Below are positions 38,826 through 52,719 of a stretch of DNA of 64,000 nucleotides, piece by piece (position 1 is the stretch's first letter; the number at the start of each line of letters is the position of its first letter). Source of the stretch: Camelus ferus (taxonomy: Eukaryota). The stretch covers positions 21,082,001-21,146,000 of the forward strand of contig NC_045697.1 in the NCBI RefSeq assembly GCF_009834535.1, in the 5' to 3' direction. Below the pieces are notes generated by a model. It saw nothing but the letters and a program-made list of their open reading frames with translations, ran no database searches and was not told the origin of the DNA. A program made the position numbers and the translations under genes.

Positions 38826-41800
38826 AAAAAAAAAATTAGTAAGGTAGATAAGGCCGAACAGAGAGAGAGACTTCTACCCTGATATTATTATGAGTACAGA
38901 CCTTCATGGTCACAAGAGAGTTTAAACAGCACCTAGCAAGACACAGACTAACAGTATATTCCAACTCTAGGAATAAAGACATTACATCTTTCTGGTTTTC
39001 TATTTCTTAAAAATAAGTAAAAAATAAATAAATAAATAAATTTCCCCAGAAACCCCTAGCATATTTCTTATATAAAACAATTATGTCACATAACCAAACT
39101 AACTTAACCCCAGCAAAGACTGATCAGATCAAAAGAGGAAAAAACAGATACTAGATATAATGCTTAATATTGGTACTGCTTGTTATCATGTAAAAGCCAT
39201 ATCCATTGCGGGTCAGAGAATGTCTTAGAGGAACTTAAATAATTCAATATATTTAATAAGGTTTAAATACAAAGGGAGGAGGCAAGCATTGTCAAATATT
39301 AACACTTCATGGAATGAATAAAATAGCTTGTTATCATTTACCTACATGAATACATGAATATATGCACACTTACATACAGGAGACTTTTAGCTACTTTTAC
39401 AGACTTGTATATTTGAGGAAAGCAAATATACAAATATTCTCTTTTGGCATCCAACTAATGCTTAGAAAGTTTTTTAAAAATCTGACTATTAACAAATTAA
39501 ATATATTATATTTCAGGGAAAGATTTGTGTAAAGGATTTTTTCTGAATTAAAAATTATAGTAATTTAAAAAAGACAGGGGACAAAATTAAGGAGAGACAG
39601 AACTTTTTTTAAAGATATATTCAAGGCATCAAACAAATAAAATTATTATAATTTTTTTATTAAAGTTTTTTAAACAATGTCTTGGAATGGTCCAGCATTT
39701 CCATATGAATTGTAAAATAAACATATAATAGCATGCAAGTGAGACATTTCAGATTCTCAATGAAGTGGACAATGAATATTTTAAGAATATCTTGCCTGAA
39801 TGTTTTGTTTGGGAATACAATGTAGTTATGTGAGTATGGGACAAATACAGTGGAGTTTTGTTGATATAATCTCAAGGTAAGGAAGGGCTTTTAAGAGAAA
39901 AATATATTTATAATTGTGAAAGTTTAAAAAAAAAACTTTCCCAAACTACAGATTGTAATGTTAAAACATCACAAAAATAAGTTTTGGTTTCCGATTGGAC
40001 TAGATTTATCTCTCTTTAAAAAATAATTATCATTTATATTTTACTCTACTTTAAAAATATATATTATAGAAATTTTAATTTATATTCTCATTAAAATCAT
40101 TGAAATAATAAATATTACATAAAATGTCTTAGAAGCATGACTACTATATATACCAGTAACCATATATTCTAGATCATTTCTCAGCAAACCCTCGCTTTAT
40201 ATTATTTATTACTTATAACCAATTAAGTGTATAATATAAAGTATTTAATTGTCATGCTCTGTGTTGCCAATTAATTTGCATAGGGAAGGTTCAGTTAGAA
40301 TAGAATAAGCAATCTGCTTAGATCGGCTTTCTTGTAACTATAAGCTCTAATAGAAAGGCACCTTGATTTCTCAAATATAGATGTAATGTTGCCATATGCT
40401 TACCATTATGATTTAACAAGAAATTAAGCTTTCTAATCATTGTTCTCATAAAAGCTTAATTGAAATACTGAAAACAATAGCAAATTCTGGAGTAACAGAA
40501 TGCTTAATTATTCTACCTTGTCAATTGGAAAAAATGAAAAATGTGGATATTAAAAGTTGTTATTAGACTTATAACCTGCATTGCAAACATAACCTGAATT
40601 TAATAATTGTTTAAAAATATTATTATCGGTTAATTTTTACACCACTAATTTGTCTTCAAAAACTTGATAATTTCTGAGTAATTATTCTTCATTACACATG
40701 CATCACACATCTACTTTCAGATCACAGATTTTAATTGCTATGATATTTAAAATGCTGTTTTCAATCATAAGTAACTTACCTCATCAGGAGCATAAGAATC
40801 AAGCAACACGATTTCTAAGTAACATTAGCTGTATCTTATTTTCTACCCACATCTACAGATTTGAAATTGGTAGTTCAGTCATTTTCCTTGGAGAATCCTG
40901 TTGCTGATATTTGTGCTTTTTATTGGCTAAAATCCAACTTTTATCATCTCTTTTCTTTGCCATTTATGAACACCTTAACTTCTGAACATTTGAGGTGTAT
41001 ATTTCATGTTTTTGGATATTTAACTTCTCTATAGTTTCGATATCCTTAATTTACACAACCAAAAGATGGCAGTGCTTCATCAAGATTCTTTTACTATAGG
41101 GCTTAGCATTTATTTTCATGATAGTCAAAATCTACTGGGTGCAATTCTTATACTTCAAAAGTAAAGTTATATTCAGTATTAACAGCTTTCCAATAAATAT
41201 TTTAATTTTTGATCTCTAAATCATTTCTTTTTGGAAAAAAAATGTAATTTGAGAAAATTAAAGACCTGTAATCATGTCAAATAGAACATACTCTGAGGAC
41301 ACACTTTAAGTCCTCTTCTCTATGTCCTCTCTTGGCTTTATTTTATTAGTTGCAGTTGAATCTCTGAAGACAGATCTTTGAAGACCTGTGGAAGTACCTT
41401 TCTATTAATAGAATGATCTTGACTTCATTTCAAAGAACTTAAAGCCAGTATATGTGCTTTTACATGTGTCAAAGTGAGGCTGAATCTTAAAATTGTCCAC
41501 CAGGCTCAAGAGTTTTGACTCCAGCTCTAACAAAGCCTGGACCCAAGTATTTCTAATTAACACACCATCAATATAAGGGAAAGAGATTGTCATGTTTAAA
41601 TATAGCAGTACTGAAATTCCATTGAATTTCTGAGCATAAAATAATAATTAATGAACTTTTTGGTTGTTCTCACTGCCTGTTGTATTAAAAGCTAGTTTTT
41701 TTCTGACAGCCTTTGTCCCCTTAACTATCTTTTTTCTCACTCCCAAGCAAAACCTCTCAATAATCCATTCTAATGTATTTTAATTTAATAATTTTAGCAA

Positions 41801-41913
41801 TATAAATCACAAACGATTTCAACTCTTCATAACTGTATCCAAATTTATTTCCTAACCCCTAATTCTGCCTCTTGCAAGAAGCATTTGTCAGTATTTATTA
41901 CTATGTTGTTTAG

Positions 41914-42454
41914 TATCAAAGGCAAAACTCCAAATATTGTATGTATTTTCCAAGCTGCTTGCTGACCAAGACAACCTTAACATTCTTCTCAGCTTGACTA
42001 AACTTAAGACAGGTTTCTTCCTGAATGTTAGCCCCTAACCTCCCTTTTCTTAGGCATTTGCTTTAGAAGATTTACAATTGGAAATTTCTTTCTTTGCTCC
42101 TTTGAGATGTAAATCTTCTCCCACCCATTTGCCAGTTCTGTTTTTCTTAAGGACCCAGAGGCCTTCCCTTTGAAAATGTAATCATCAGGAAAGATAAGGC
42201 TCCTATCTTCCAGTTTTAAGTACAACTTTGCAATCACACAGGGTCTAATCACATTGACCAACCCTTCCTTTAATGCCCCCTGGTACTTTTCCACCCACTT
42301 ACCCTCATGCTTAAAAAATCTCCTTCCTTTTGCATTAATAAAGTTGAGTTCAGTCTCTCTCCTCTATTGCAGTAGTCTTGACCTCTATTGCAAGACTCTT
42401 GAATAAAACCTTTCTTGCTTGTTAAACTTCATTTGGAGCAAATTTTCTTTGGTA
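41914..42454 (+). mobile_element. ERV1-class solo LTR (MER31/MER67-like)
   Basis: cagcttgactaaacttaagacaggtttcttcctga, cctttgagatgtaaatc, aataaagttgagttcag, duplicated cctctattgca..tcttga, aataaa, terminal tttctttggta; near-TSD ttag/ttat. Confidence 0.75.
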
Positions 42455-44899
42455 TTATTTTCTATTGTTGAAATTGCTGAAATAAAACATATCACAAAAG
42501 GATCCCAGTGATTCTCTGTACCCAGGATATGACTGAGGAACTAGGGCTCATCTTTTTTTATTGTTGTTGTTTCTTTGTAAAGAACAAAAGCTCTCCGGCT
42601 TAATTAAATGTAAACAATTTCAAAGGGAGTGTTAAAGCGAGATCTTGAGGCTCTTAGCAGTGGTATCTTTACCTTGTTTCCCAGTTTCTTCTATAACTTC
42701 ATGGAACTGCCTTTCATCAAGAAGTCCTGGTGAAGATTGGGAAAATGATTCACGTAAATAAAATCTGTCCCAAACTTTGGTAAGTGACAGTGTTAGAAAG
42801 GGTGTAACAGCAACAAACAGTCAAAACAGGATGATTTACAGGTTTTAAAATGTCTGTAACTTATACAATTTAGGAAGCCCTCATTATGGAAAATAAGCTT
42901 CAGCCTGAAATATTTTAAAGTGACTGTCTAACTCCTATTCTACCTACAGTGTCATTTCTTTAATGTCATTTCTTCAAGAAAATTTCTTTCTTATTCTGGG
43001 TTTATCTGCATTTGTTTTAAAATCCCAAAGCCTTTTTTATGAGAAGGTGGTATTACAAGGATGAGAAGTTGGCAACTAATATTTATTGAGCTCTCGCTAG
43101 ATGTCAGGCACTCATTAGCTCTTTTCATCATTATTGCTCACAAGGTAGATACTTCCTTCTTATTGTCCCCATCTCCAACTAAGTGTTAGATTCTGATTAT
43201 AGTTACTACTCCAAGGCAACAGTTAATTACTTCTTTAATGCATGCTCTTGCTAATCTTTACCTCCATAAGAACAGAGACAAATGTGAGTCTGTTTTGCTC
43301 ACCTTTATATACATCTCCAGACCTGGCAGAGTAGAAATTTAACAAATCTTTATTGGATGATTAAATTATGCAGACAATATGATAATGAGACATTTTAAAT
43401 GTATATTATAAAGAGAGTCATGGAATATGAGAAATCTTTCTGGGTAAGAATCACAAAAGGCGTCTTTGGTTCCAAGTGTGATAAATGAAAGATCTTCCCT
43501 TACTTAGGGGAGCTCTGGATGTGGCTCAGTCTTAGGGAGTAGAAACTGCGGGTGTGACTTTAAAATAGGAAGAAGTGCAAAATAGGTATTCATTGTCAGA
43601 GGGTTCAAGTATCTGACTAGAGTTATTGACATTACTCATTCTTGCTTTAAAATTTGGAAAATGTAAAAAAAAAGTTCTCAGTTTCAAATAAATAGGTGAC
43701 CATCCTGGAAGATCTAATTTGCTTTGAACTGAGTATTTTTGTTGATGAAGGAGTAAATCCGATAAAGCAGAGCTATTATAATGACCACAGTCGTTATAGA
43801 GAAGGGAGGAAATACAGACAAGCAGGAAAAAAAGGGTGGCCTCTGAGCCCAACGCAAACGTATAACCACTGCTGAAATCTGGCAACGTTTGTTTATCTAT
43901 TATCTAGTACAAAAACTGAATTACTGTCAAAATTGTTTCAATCAGACTTTTTTAATTGAGGGAACGGCACAACCTAAAATTTGCTCAAAATTGTGTGCCT
44001 GGGAATTTCTAAGTCCAAGAATCGATGTTTTTTATCAGCATTTCCAGGAGATTAATTATAAAAAAAAAATGTTAAGAACTATTTCTTTGTCAATGGTGAT
44101 GTCAAAATGATAGATTTCTTGGCTTCTTTGGGCTTGGTTAATGTTCAAAGGAAAGAGTAGGAAAAATGCCTTCTTCATGCACAATTTTCTAAACAATGCC
44201 ATCTTCATGATATTTCATCTAATTTTGTTGCCAGAATTAGATGCGAGTAGTGTGATAGAGTCCCATTATTCCAATTTGAAATTAACTAATCACTAGTGTC
44301 TCTAATTCCATTACTACTATTGTTATAGGTCTCTGGATATTATGTAGATAATACATATACATATATATTTATATATACTTTTAAGCCATATGTTATACAT
44401 TCTAAAGGATGATATATTTTGTTTGACTGTTTATTTTTAATGTCTGAAAGAGTCTGTTATACTGCTATATTATTGTAATTCAATGGTGAAGTGTTTATAG
44501 TCAGTTGATTTATTTTCTACCAAAATATTTTTTATACATTTTAAAGTTGAACAATTCATTTTCTTAAAATGCTGAATTTCATTAAGTCTGAAAAACTCTT
44601 TCCCCATTTTACAGGAGTGCCAATAAAGTCTAGACTTTTCTAGTCATATCAGTTTGCAATCAGAGTAAACTTTCTGGTATATAACAACAAAAGCTGTACT
44701 TGAAGTAACTTCAGAAAATACATGGCTACTTTTGACAAGAGAGTTTCTTTGCTAAACACATATTCTATTCAAAAGTGAATTATAAGGTATTCAGTACATT
44801 TACTTGTAGTTTCTGATTTGTTTTGCAGATGCAGGGAGTATGATCATAATAACAAGTTCTAAAATATTGTCTATGGAAGATATTTAAAATCTATTTTGA

Positions 44900-45015
44900 G
44901 ATACAGACTACTATATATAAAACAGATAAACAACAAGGTCTTCTATATAACAGAAGGAAGTATGTTTAGTATTCTGTATTAACCTACAATGAAGGAGAAT
45001 ATAAAAAGAAAAAAT
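44900..45015 (+). mobile_element. 116-bp L1 3'UTR-internal insertion with TSD
   Basis: Homologous to 49074-49185; perfect 12-bp TSD aatctattttga at 44888-44899 and 45016-45027. Confidence 0.85.
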
Positions 45016-46229
45016 AATCTATTTTGAATCCCAAATTTTCTCATGAATAAAAATCAAACACTAAATAGTAATATATGTATATTAGAGAACATTGAAAGGA
45101 ATTAAAATTGATATAAAAAGTAACCTTTGTTAATTTTCTTCTGAGAATGCAAAGATTCATTGATAAATTTTTTAATTGTTTCCAACAGATGATGAAAACA
45201 TTACATCATGTTCAAAAAATCTTTTTAAATGACAGCAAAGTAGTTTCATTCACTGAATGTAAAATATGTGCATTGTATCATGCCTGGAGAAATGGGATAT
45301 TAATATGACTTGTCTGTTTTTTTCCTTCACAGAACTTATATTAGAGGGAAAGAAAAATGAAACATAAACTTAAATAAGGAAAATGCATGAAAAAACAATA
45401 TCAATATGAACAAAGATGTTATCATATTTTAGGGGTTAATATGTTCCTCACTTTAAGAGGAAGAGTCAGCACAATGTAAAGGTGTTTTATGAGTAAGAAA
45501 ATGTGTGTGTGTATATTCAAAGGAAGGGATATACTCTCAGAATCATTATATACAATGGAAATAAGACAAAAAGTCAGCATCCCTGTCTGTCAATGTCACA
45601 GAGGCAAAGACAACCTGGTGATTAGCTAGGAAGATACACTTAGATCAATTTATCATTTATTATTGACGAAATACTCCAAACAGTGAATTTACTGGGTAAT
45701 TTGTAAATTTATGTTTAGAAGACATGCACATAATTATGCTATAGATAACTCTAGAGGATTACTACTCTGCAAAACATGACCAATTTTGTACCTAACTCAG
45801 CAAATTCATCTTAACATTTCTATATTTATTGCTGCAAAATATCTTCTCAAATGCTCTTTGAACTGGTCATAGAATTATACAGTTTACTATATTGTATTAA
45901 TTAATGAGTTAAATATGATATTTTATATTTGTATGAGAATCACATTTATTAAAAACCTTCAAAAGTCATTTTATATGTATATGCACACACGTACATACTT
46001 TCAGGCAAATGCAGTTGTGTGGAATGTGGCGGTAAAATGGTAAATAGCTGAGCAAAGCATTGTCAAAATTTCTGAACAGAGGTAGCAAGATTACATGATG
46101 ATGAAAATAAAATTGAATAAATAGGTCTAGAATAAATCATGGAGGTCTTTGTGGTTGCTTATATGTTTTCTTTCTTATTTTGGATTTTTCATACATTGAA
46201 TATTTAGTCATTGATTCATTTTATTTTTG

Positions 46230-47300
46230 TTTTATTTAAGAATAATACAAATTTATAAAAGCATAGGAAATAATATAATAACACTTGTGTACCCCAGTTT
46301 TTCACATTAAAGATACAGGATACAAATTTGGTAAATTTGAAGATCCCTTTTCTTTCAATCATTTAATGTAAATTTTTCTTATTTGTGCCATACATGTATG
46401 TATGTGTGTATGTGTGTGTGTGTTTCCTACCCACAATTACGAAGAGTGTTCTCTTTTATAGTTTCCTAATAGTAATGTAGATGAATACGTGTGTGCATGC
46501 ACATATGTACATACACACGTATATGTGTGTGTGTGAGAAAGAGATTACTCCTCTCATCCTATTGAATTTAGTATCTCTTTATAAAGAATTCTGATACATT
46601 GTATATCAATCTTCTATTCTTGTTTTCCTATTTACAAGCTTACTGGATATTAAATAAGCATGCAGTTTCCGGAAACTTTATTGAGTTGTATGAAAAATGT
46701 CTCTTAGAATTTTGATTGAAATGGCACTGAATTTATGAAAGAACTGATTTTTTTTAAAGTATGGAGTCCATCCCTGAATATAATATGGTTTGTTTATTCA
46801 TGACCAATTATAGTTCCTTCAATACCATTTTGAAATTATTTTGTTAGATTTATATATAAGTAATATTTGGGGACAATTATAGTCACATCTTTTATCATAC
46901 TATATATACCATTTTCATAGCTGATGTAAATAAATGCTGTTGTTTTTTGTTTCTATGGATTTTCTTTTTATTCAATCAACTTTGTGGAACTCTGTTTTCA
47001 AGCATTTACTGATATAGTCATTTGAATTTTTATATACAGAGTTGCATTTTCTGCAAATAACAATAATGTTGTCTCTTTTTTCCCCAAACCTAGTGATTTT
47101 TCTTCTTATTGTTTATATTTTAATTCTATTGGCTAGGATGTTTAGGATAACTTTGTATAGTAAATTAGTTATGATTACTAAAAGTTGGGATGCTTTTCTC
47201 AAACATACCTTTTAACTCACTGTTTATTTATGTTATTTTTACTATATGCTGAATTTAGTTGAATTAGTTGAATTTTTTAATTGTATTTCGTTTTCTTCCT
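46230..47300 (-). mobile_element. Very old L1M fragments with embedded (TG/TA)n repeats
   Basis: gaattttgattgaaatggcactgaattta, tctgcaaataa, ctattggctaggat remnants. Confidence 0.5.
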
Positions 47301-47669
47301 GCTTGGAAGTTATATATTCCATTTAAACACAAAGGTAACCAATATCTTGATTATTCTGCCACATGAAAGGAAATTGAATTACTTTTCTCTTACACTTTAC
47401 TACTTCAGTTCACCTTGTTTTTGACACCAACATAATGAATCTCTATCTCTATTTTTTTTTTTAAGGTAAGTGATCATGTAGGTTCAACAATAGGTTCACA
47501 GATCTTTTTTTAACTTTACCAGCTTTATTCTTTATTCTGAGTTCCTTATTGATAAAATAAAACCTTGTGGGTTTTTTTTTCTTTCCAGTAAATCTCTTCA
47601 GGGATTAAACTGTTTCACATTTATTGGAGTAAAAGCTTTGTATGTCCCTTACTCAAATTATATTTATAT

Positions 47670-48385
47670 ATTAATTGAGTCAACAAATATTTTGAACATT
47701 TTTTATAAGCCAGACATTGCTCTAGGTGTCAAGGCTGTGTAACATTGCACGAAGAGACTAAACTGCCCTCAACGAGCTTACTTTACAATCAATTCAGAAA
47801 AGGTTGTTGGTTAAAATATACATAGCATATAGTGTGTCTGTTGTTTATTAGGAGAAATAACAATAAAGAAAGGTAAAGAATTCTTCAGCCTGGGAGGAGG
47901 AATGCAAGTTTACAAAGAGTGGCTGAGAAAAACATTCTTGATAAAGTGAACAATCTGATGATATAGAGGAGTGGGCCATGCAGTGATTTTAACACCCACA
48001 ACATTGCAGAGAAGACACACAGCAAGTGGAAATCTGAGCCAGAAGGGGTAAAAGTACAGCTACATTTTTAGTGTGACTGAAGGGAAGTAAGTGGAAGAGA
48101 AAGTAGTTTAGGGGAGAGAGAAAAGAACTAAGAGAAGTTGAGATCAGAAAGGCATTAGCTTTTGAGATCTTATGGTCCTTGTTCACTTGGCTAAGGTCTT
48201 TCATTTTTAGAGGAGTAAGATGAGAAGCCATTAGATAATTTGTAATGGTGGAGTGAGATGATCTTTCATCCTAAAAACATGTTTTCCATTTGCACATTTA
48301 CAATGCATGGAGCATGAGTAACATCCACATGGATATGAGCAGTAGATGTTTAGAGATATAATTTTGTAGCTCAGGGGGAATCAGG
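47670..48385 (-). mobile_element. L2 fragment
   Basis: caacaaatattttgaacatt...gccagacattgctctaggtg is the antisense L2 3' end, followed by a purine-rich L2 body. Confidence 0.7.
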
Positions 48386-48419
48386 GTTCTATCTTATTTC
48401 TTGTTAAAAATAACAAAAG

Positions 48420-49303
48420 CATTATTTTCTAATTTTTATGGCTGAGTTGTATTCCAATGTGTAAATATACTGCAGCTTCTTTATCCAGTCATCTGTCAAA
48501 GGACATTTAAGTTGTTTCCATGCCTTGGCTATTGTAAATAGTGCTGCTATGAACATTGGGGTGTGTGTATCTTTTTGATTTAAGGTTCCTTCTGGATATA
48601 TGCCCAGGTGTGGGATTGCTGGATCATATGGTGAGTCTATTTTTAGTCTTTTGAGGAATCTCCATACTGTTTTCCATAATGGCTGCACCAAACTACATTC
48701 CCACCAACAGTGTAGGAGAGTTCCCTTTTCTCCACATCTTCTCCAGCATTTATTTTTTGTGGACTTTTGAATGATGGCCATTCTGACTGGTGTGAAGTGA
48801 TATACAATGGAATACTAGTCAGCCATAAAAATAATAAAATGATGCCATTTGCAGCAACATGGCTGGACCTGGAGATTGTCATACTAAGTGAAGTAAGCAA
48901 GAAAAAGAAAGAAAAATAGCTTATGATATCACTTATATGTGGAATCTAAAAATAAAAAAGACAAATGAACTAATTTATAAAACAGAAACAGACTCACAGA
49001 CCTAGAAAACAAACTTATGATTAATGGGGGGAAAGGGAGTGGAAAGGGATAAATTGGGAGTTGGAGACATGCAGATGCTAACTACTATATATAAAATAGA
49101 TAAACAACAAGTTCATACTGTATAGCACAGGGAAATATATTCAATATCTTATAGTAACTTACGGTGAAAAAGAATATGAAAATGAATATATATATGTTCA
49201 TGTATGACTGAAGCATTAATGTTGTATACTAGAATTTGACCCAACATTGTAAACTGACTGTGCATCTGTTAAAAAAAAAAAATATATATATATATATATA
49301 CAC
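48420..49303 (+). mobile_element. 5'-inverted (twin-primed) L1: inverted arm 48420-48800 (-), sense arm 48801-49303 (+)
   Basis: Minus ORF 48422..48781 is the ORF2 C-terminus ([18 protein letters not shown]); the + arm continues through the 3'UTR to an A/(TA)n tail; perfect 14-bp TSD aaaaataacaaaag at 48406-48419 and 49304-49317 at a tt/aaaa site. Confidence 0.95.
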
Positions 49304-49589
49304 AAAAATAACAAAAGAAAAAAGAAAAAAAAGTAAAGATTGGGAAGTACATTAAACAGATAAATTTCTTATTTGTAGGATCTTTAAGAATATTTTGTGA
49401 ATTTCCAAGAGTACTATAAAATATGTGGTATTTAACAGAACCTTTCATGCTGAGAATCTTATAGGTAAATAATTCTACTGTGAATGACATTCTGAATACC
49501 AGAATTTAGTGCAACTGTGTCAGATTTGCTCTCTCTTCAGGCTGATTTTCTCCTAAACATTTTAATAATGTTTGAGTCCTATCTGTAAT

Positions 49590-50075
49590 TCTGATTATTT
49601 ACTTCCTGTATTCAACAACTAAAATGGCCCTTCAATGCTTCTAGGATAAACTTCAAAGTCCTATCTGAACGCAACTTTGTCTACTTATCTCGTTTAATTC
49701 CACTACTCATTCTTAAACATGATGACCTTCAATCATATTGAATTAATTGAAATTCCTGAACTCACTCTGCTTTTCTTATATCCATAACTTTCATGTCCTT
49801 TTTCCTTTTTTTTTTTTTTTTTTTTTTTTTGCTGAAATGACTTTCTCCTTCCTTTTTTGTTGGCTAAGTTCTGTTCATTGCTTCATATCTAACCTTTCTT
49901 GAGCATATTTTCTATTTTCCTCCTCCCATTTCTAGAATGGTTTAAGCTTTTCTCTGGTAGTTTCTTGACTCCCAAGCATTCGTTCTACCCATATCAAAAC
50001 TTGCTAATGTGTCTTTTTCCTCAATGAGATTAATTTCTTAGCACATTGCCTGATACATACTTGGAATAAATGGAG
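49590..50075 (+). mobile_element. L2 fragment
   Basis: ctaggataaacttcaaagtcct...ttcttagcacattgcctgatacata...aataaatgg. Confidence 0.55.
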
Positions 50076-52114
50076 TAAGGTAAATAATGTGTTCCTAATT
50101 TTATATTCACCTAAAAGTTTAGGTGAACATTTTTGACTCTGACGTTAGTTAACTGCTCTTTTTTTCATGAGTATTTGCCCCTGTTAATATTTTCTTGTCC
50201 ACTTTCCAATTCCGGTGTCCTTTTTTGGGGGGGATAAAAATAGACTTGAAATAATACAGTTAGAAATTTAGATATTTGCTCCCTTCCATACTTAGCGTGC
50301 TTTGCCTTAAATTGTTTTTATTAATATCAACGTGCAGTATTACTGAGTTATCTTTCCTCTTATGCACTATTATTAATCATAGGGACCAGATGTGATAATC
50401 CAGCATTTAATTTCATTAAAACTTGACATGCTTTCTCTTTAATATGATTACATTATCTATGACTATATATGTCACACTTATCCTGCAGATGATAAATGTT
50501 AAAAAAGTTGATCTAACAATGTGATTAACTGATTGTATTTAGTTTAAGTATTATAAATAAAAATAATTGTATAATGTTTGTTTGTATTTTTAATTTCATA
50601 ATGCCAATATAAATAAAGGTATGAATGCAACACACATCTGTGTAATGTATCCATTGGGGATGATATAATTTGGCAAAGTTTAATATTAGATGTCTATCCA
50701 CCCATATGCACTTCTTTAAAGAAAGTCAAATCCCAAGCAGGCACAAGACATAATTATTAAAGATTTATTAATGTTATATGTGTAGTACTGTAGTGTTTTA
50801 ATCTGCATTATTAAACCAGCTGAAAGTCTTCAGGACTTAAGTGCATTAAATTTAATGCACACTAGTTAACAGAATTTCCACAAAAACATTGTTGGGGACC
50901 ATTTAAAAAGGGCAGGTAGCCAATAATATACTCAGCCAAGTTATTTTTCAAATTAATTTATCCATCTCTCAAGTTAGATCGGACAAGTTATACAATAATA
51001 CAGTACTGTTGCCTGCCTGGGATTTAGAGATGAAATTAATTTTCATCATTATGTTGATACTGCAAATATTTACGTTGGGCTTTGATTGTCCAATGCATGG
51101 AACAGATTATGGTCAATTTACTGGTGAAATGGTATATGGGTTATTTACTAGAGAAATTTATTGCTTCTAAATAGTTTTAGATAATAAAGAGGAAAGTTCT
51201 TGATTTATGTATATGGTTCATGTACTAATTTAATTCTAGATATCTAGATCATGTATAGCTGGACTTCCTTAAGGAAAAATAATCTGAATATTTCCAAATC
51301 CATATTCCTTCTCTGGAAAAGTATCTCTCTTAACATTTGTGGGTTTAGAAAACAAACCAAACCTAACCCTTGTCCACTAAGGCAATCTTGTTGAGGGAAG
51401 TCTTTAGAACAGGCACAAGAAAAGATAACTAACAATTAAAGCCATAGTTATGTCATAACATGGAGAACTAAGAGATATCACTGATGAGGGAACTACATGT
51501 AATGCTAGGATATGGGATCATGCTTCCTTTATTAAAAACAAAAAGCTAAGAAACACTTGAATTTTATGTATTACATTTAAAATTGGAGCCAATTTTTAAT
51601 ACTTTAATGAGCAACCCCCCACATCATTCTTCATAATACTAAAAATTTCTTATCTAATCTTTTCAATAATATTTCTTAAAATGTTATCACACCAAAGAGG
51701 AGCAATGGAATGGAACAGAATAGAACGGAGTGGAATAGAAAGCAGAGTTTGGCTGTGGGCCAGTTCTTATAATGTACTCTTTTATGGAGTTAGACACAGA
51801 AATGGAGAGAGAATCACTTTAAAAAGCCATAAAAGAAGCAAGAATAAAAATACCTTTTAAACTTATGAATAAAATCATTATGAAATTGAAAAAAAAAAAG
51901 ACAAGTATTGAAAGCCTTACATTATGGCAATGCAAGATCTTGTGCAGATTCACAGAGCGTATTTTGACTTGTGTATTTCTGAACAGAAGGCATGTTTGAC
52001 CCCTTATTCATTCATACATTTAGTTCCCTTGATAGTGTTTTTATATTAATAAAAACATTTTTAATATTTGCTTTAGCTTTAGTAAGACACTACATGCTGT
52101 AAGTTATTAGATAC

Positions 52115-52474
52115 TGTTATAGCCAGAATATTGTGTCTTTTGAAAATTCATATGTTGAAAACCAGTCTCCCATGTGATGAAATTTGGAAGTGGAACCTTT
52201 GGGAAGTAATTAGGTCACAAAGGCAGAGCCTACATGAATGGGATTAGTGTCCTTATAAAGAACCCCACAGCTCTCATGCTCCTTCCATCTTGTGAAGACA
52301 CAGTGAGAAGCCCCCGCCTTTGAACCAGAAAACAGGACTCCACCAGATTCTGAATCTGTCAGCACCTGGGTCTTGGACTTCCCAGCCTCCATAACAGTGT
52401 GAAATAAATTTCTGTTGTTTATAAGCCACTCAATTGTTGGCATTTTTGTTATAGGGGCCCAAATGGACTAGCAG
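52115..52474 (+). mobile_element. MaLR solo LTR (MLT1A/B-like)
   Basis: tgttatag...aaattcatatgttgaaa...tgaatgggattagtgtccttataaag...cttggacttcccagcctcca...aataaatttctgttgtttataagccac...aatggacta; near-TSD gatac/aatac. Confidence 0.9.
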
Positions 52475-52719
52475 AATACACAACACAAACACACATACAT
52501 ATGAATATGGAACTTAAAGTATTTTAATAAAATATTTTATAATAGACTTCTTGTTTATTATTCAAAATAAGCCACATAATATTGAAATATTTTCTTAATT
52601 TTTATCTGTCTTATAGAAGTCATTATACAGGTTTTCAGTAAAGAGCACTTTGTGCACATTTATGTATTAGATTTAATAGATTTTATGTTGTAAATGGATA
52701 AGCAAGTTTAATTATTAAA

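Noticed and set aside
51703..51740. aatggaatggaacagaatagaacggagtggaatagaa satellite-like pentamers
   Set aside because: Too short and degenerate; a simple repeat.
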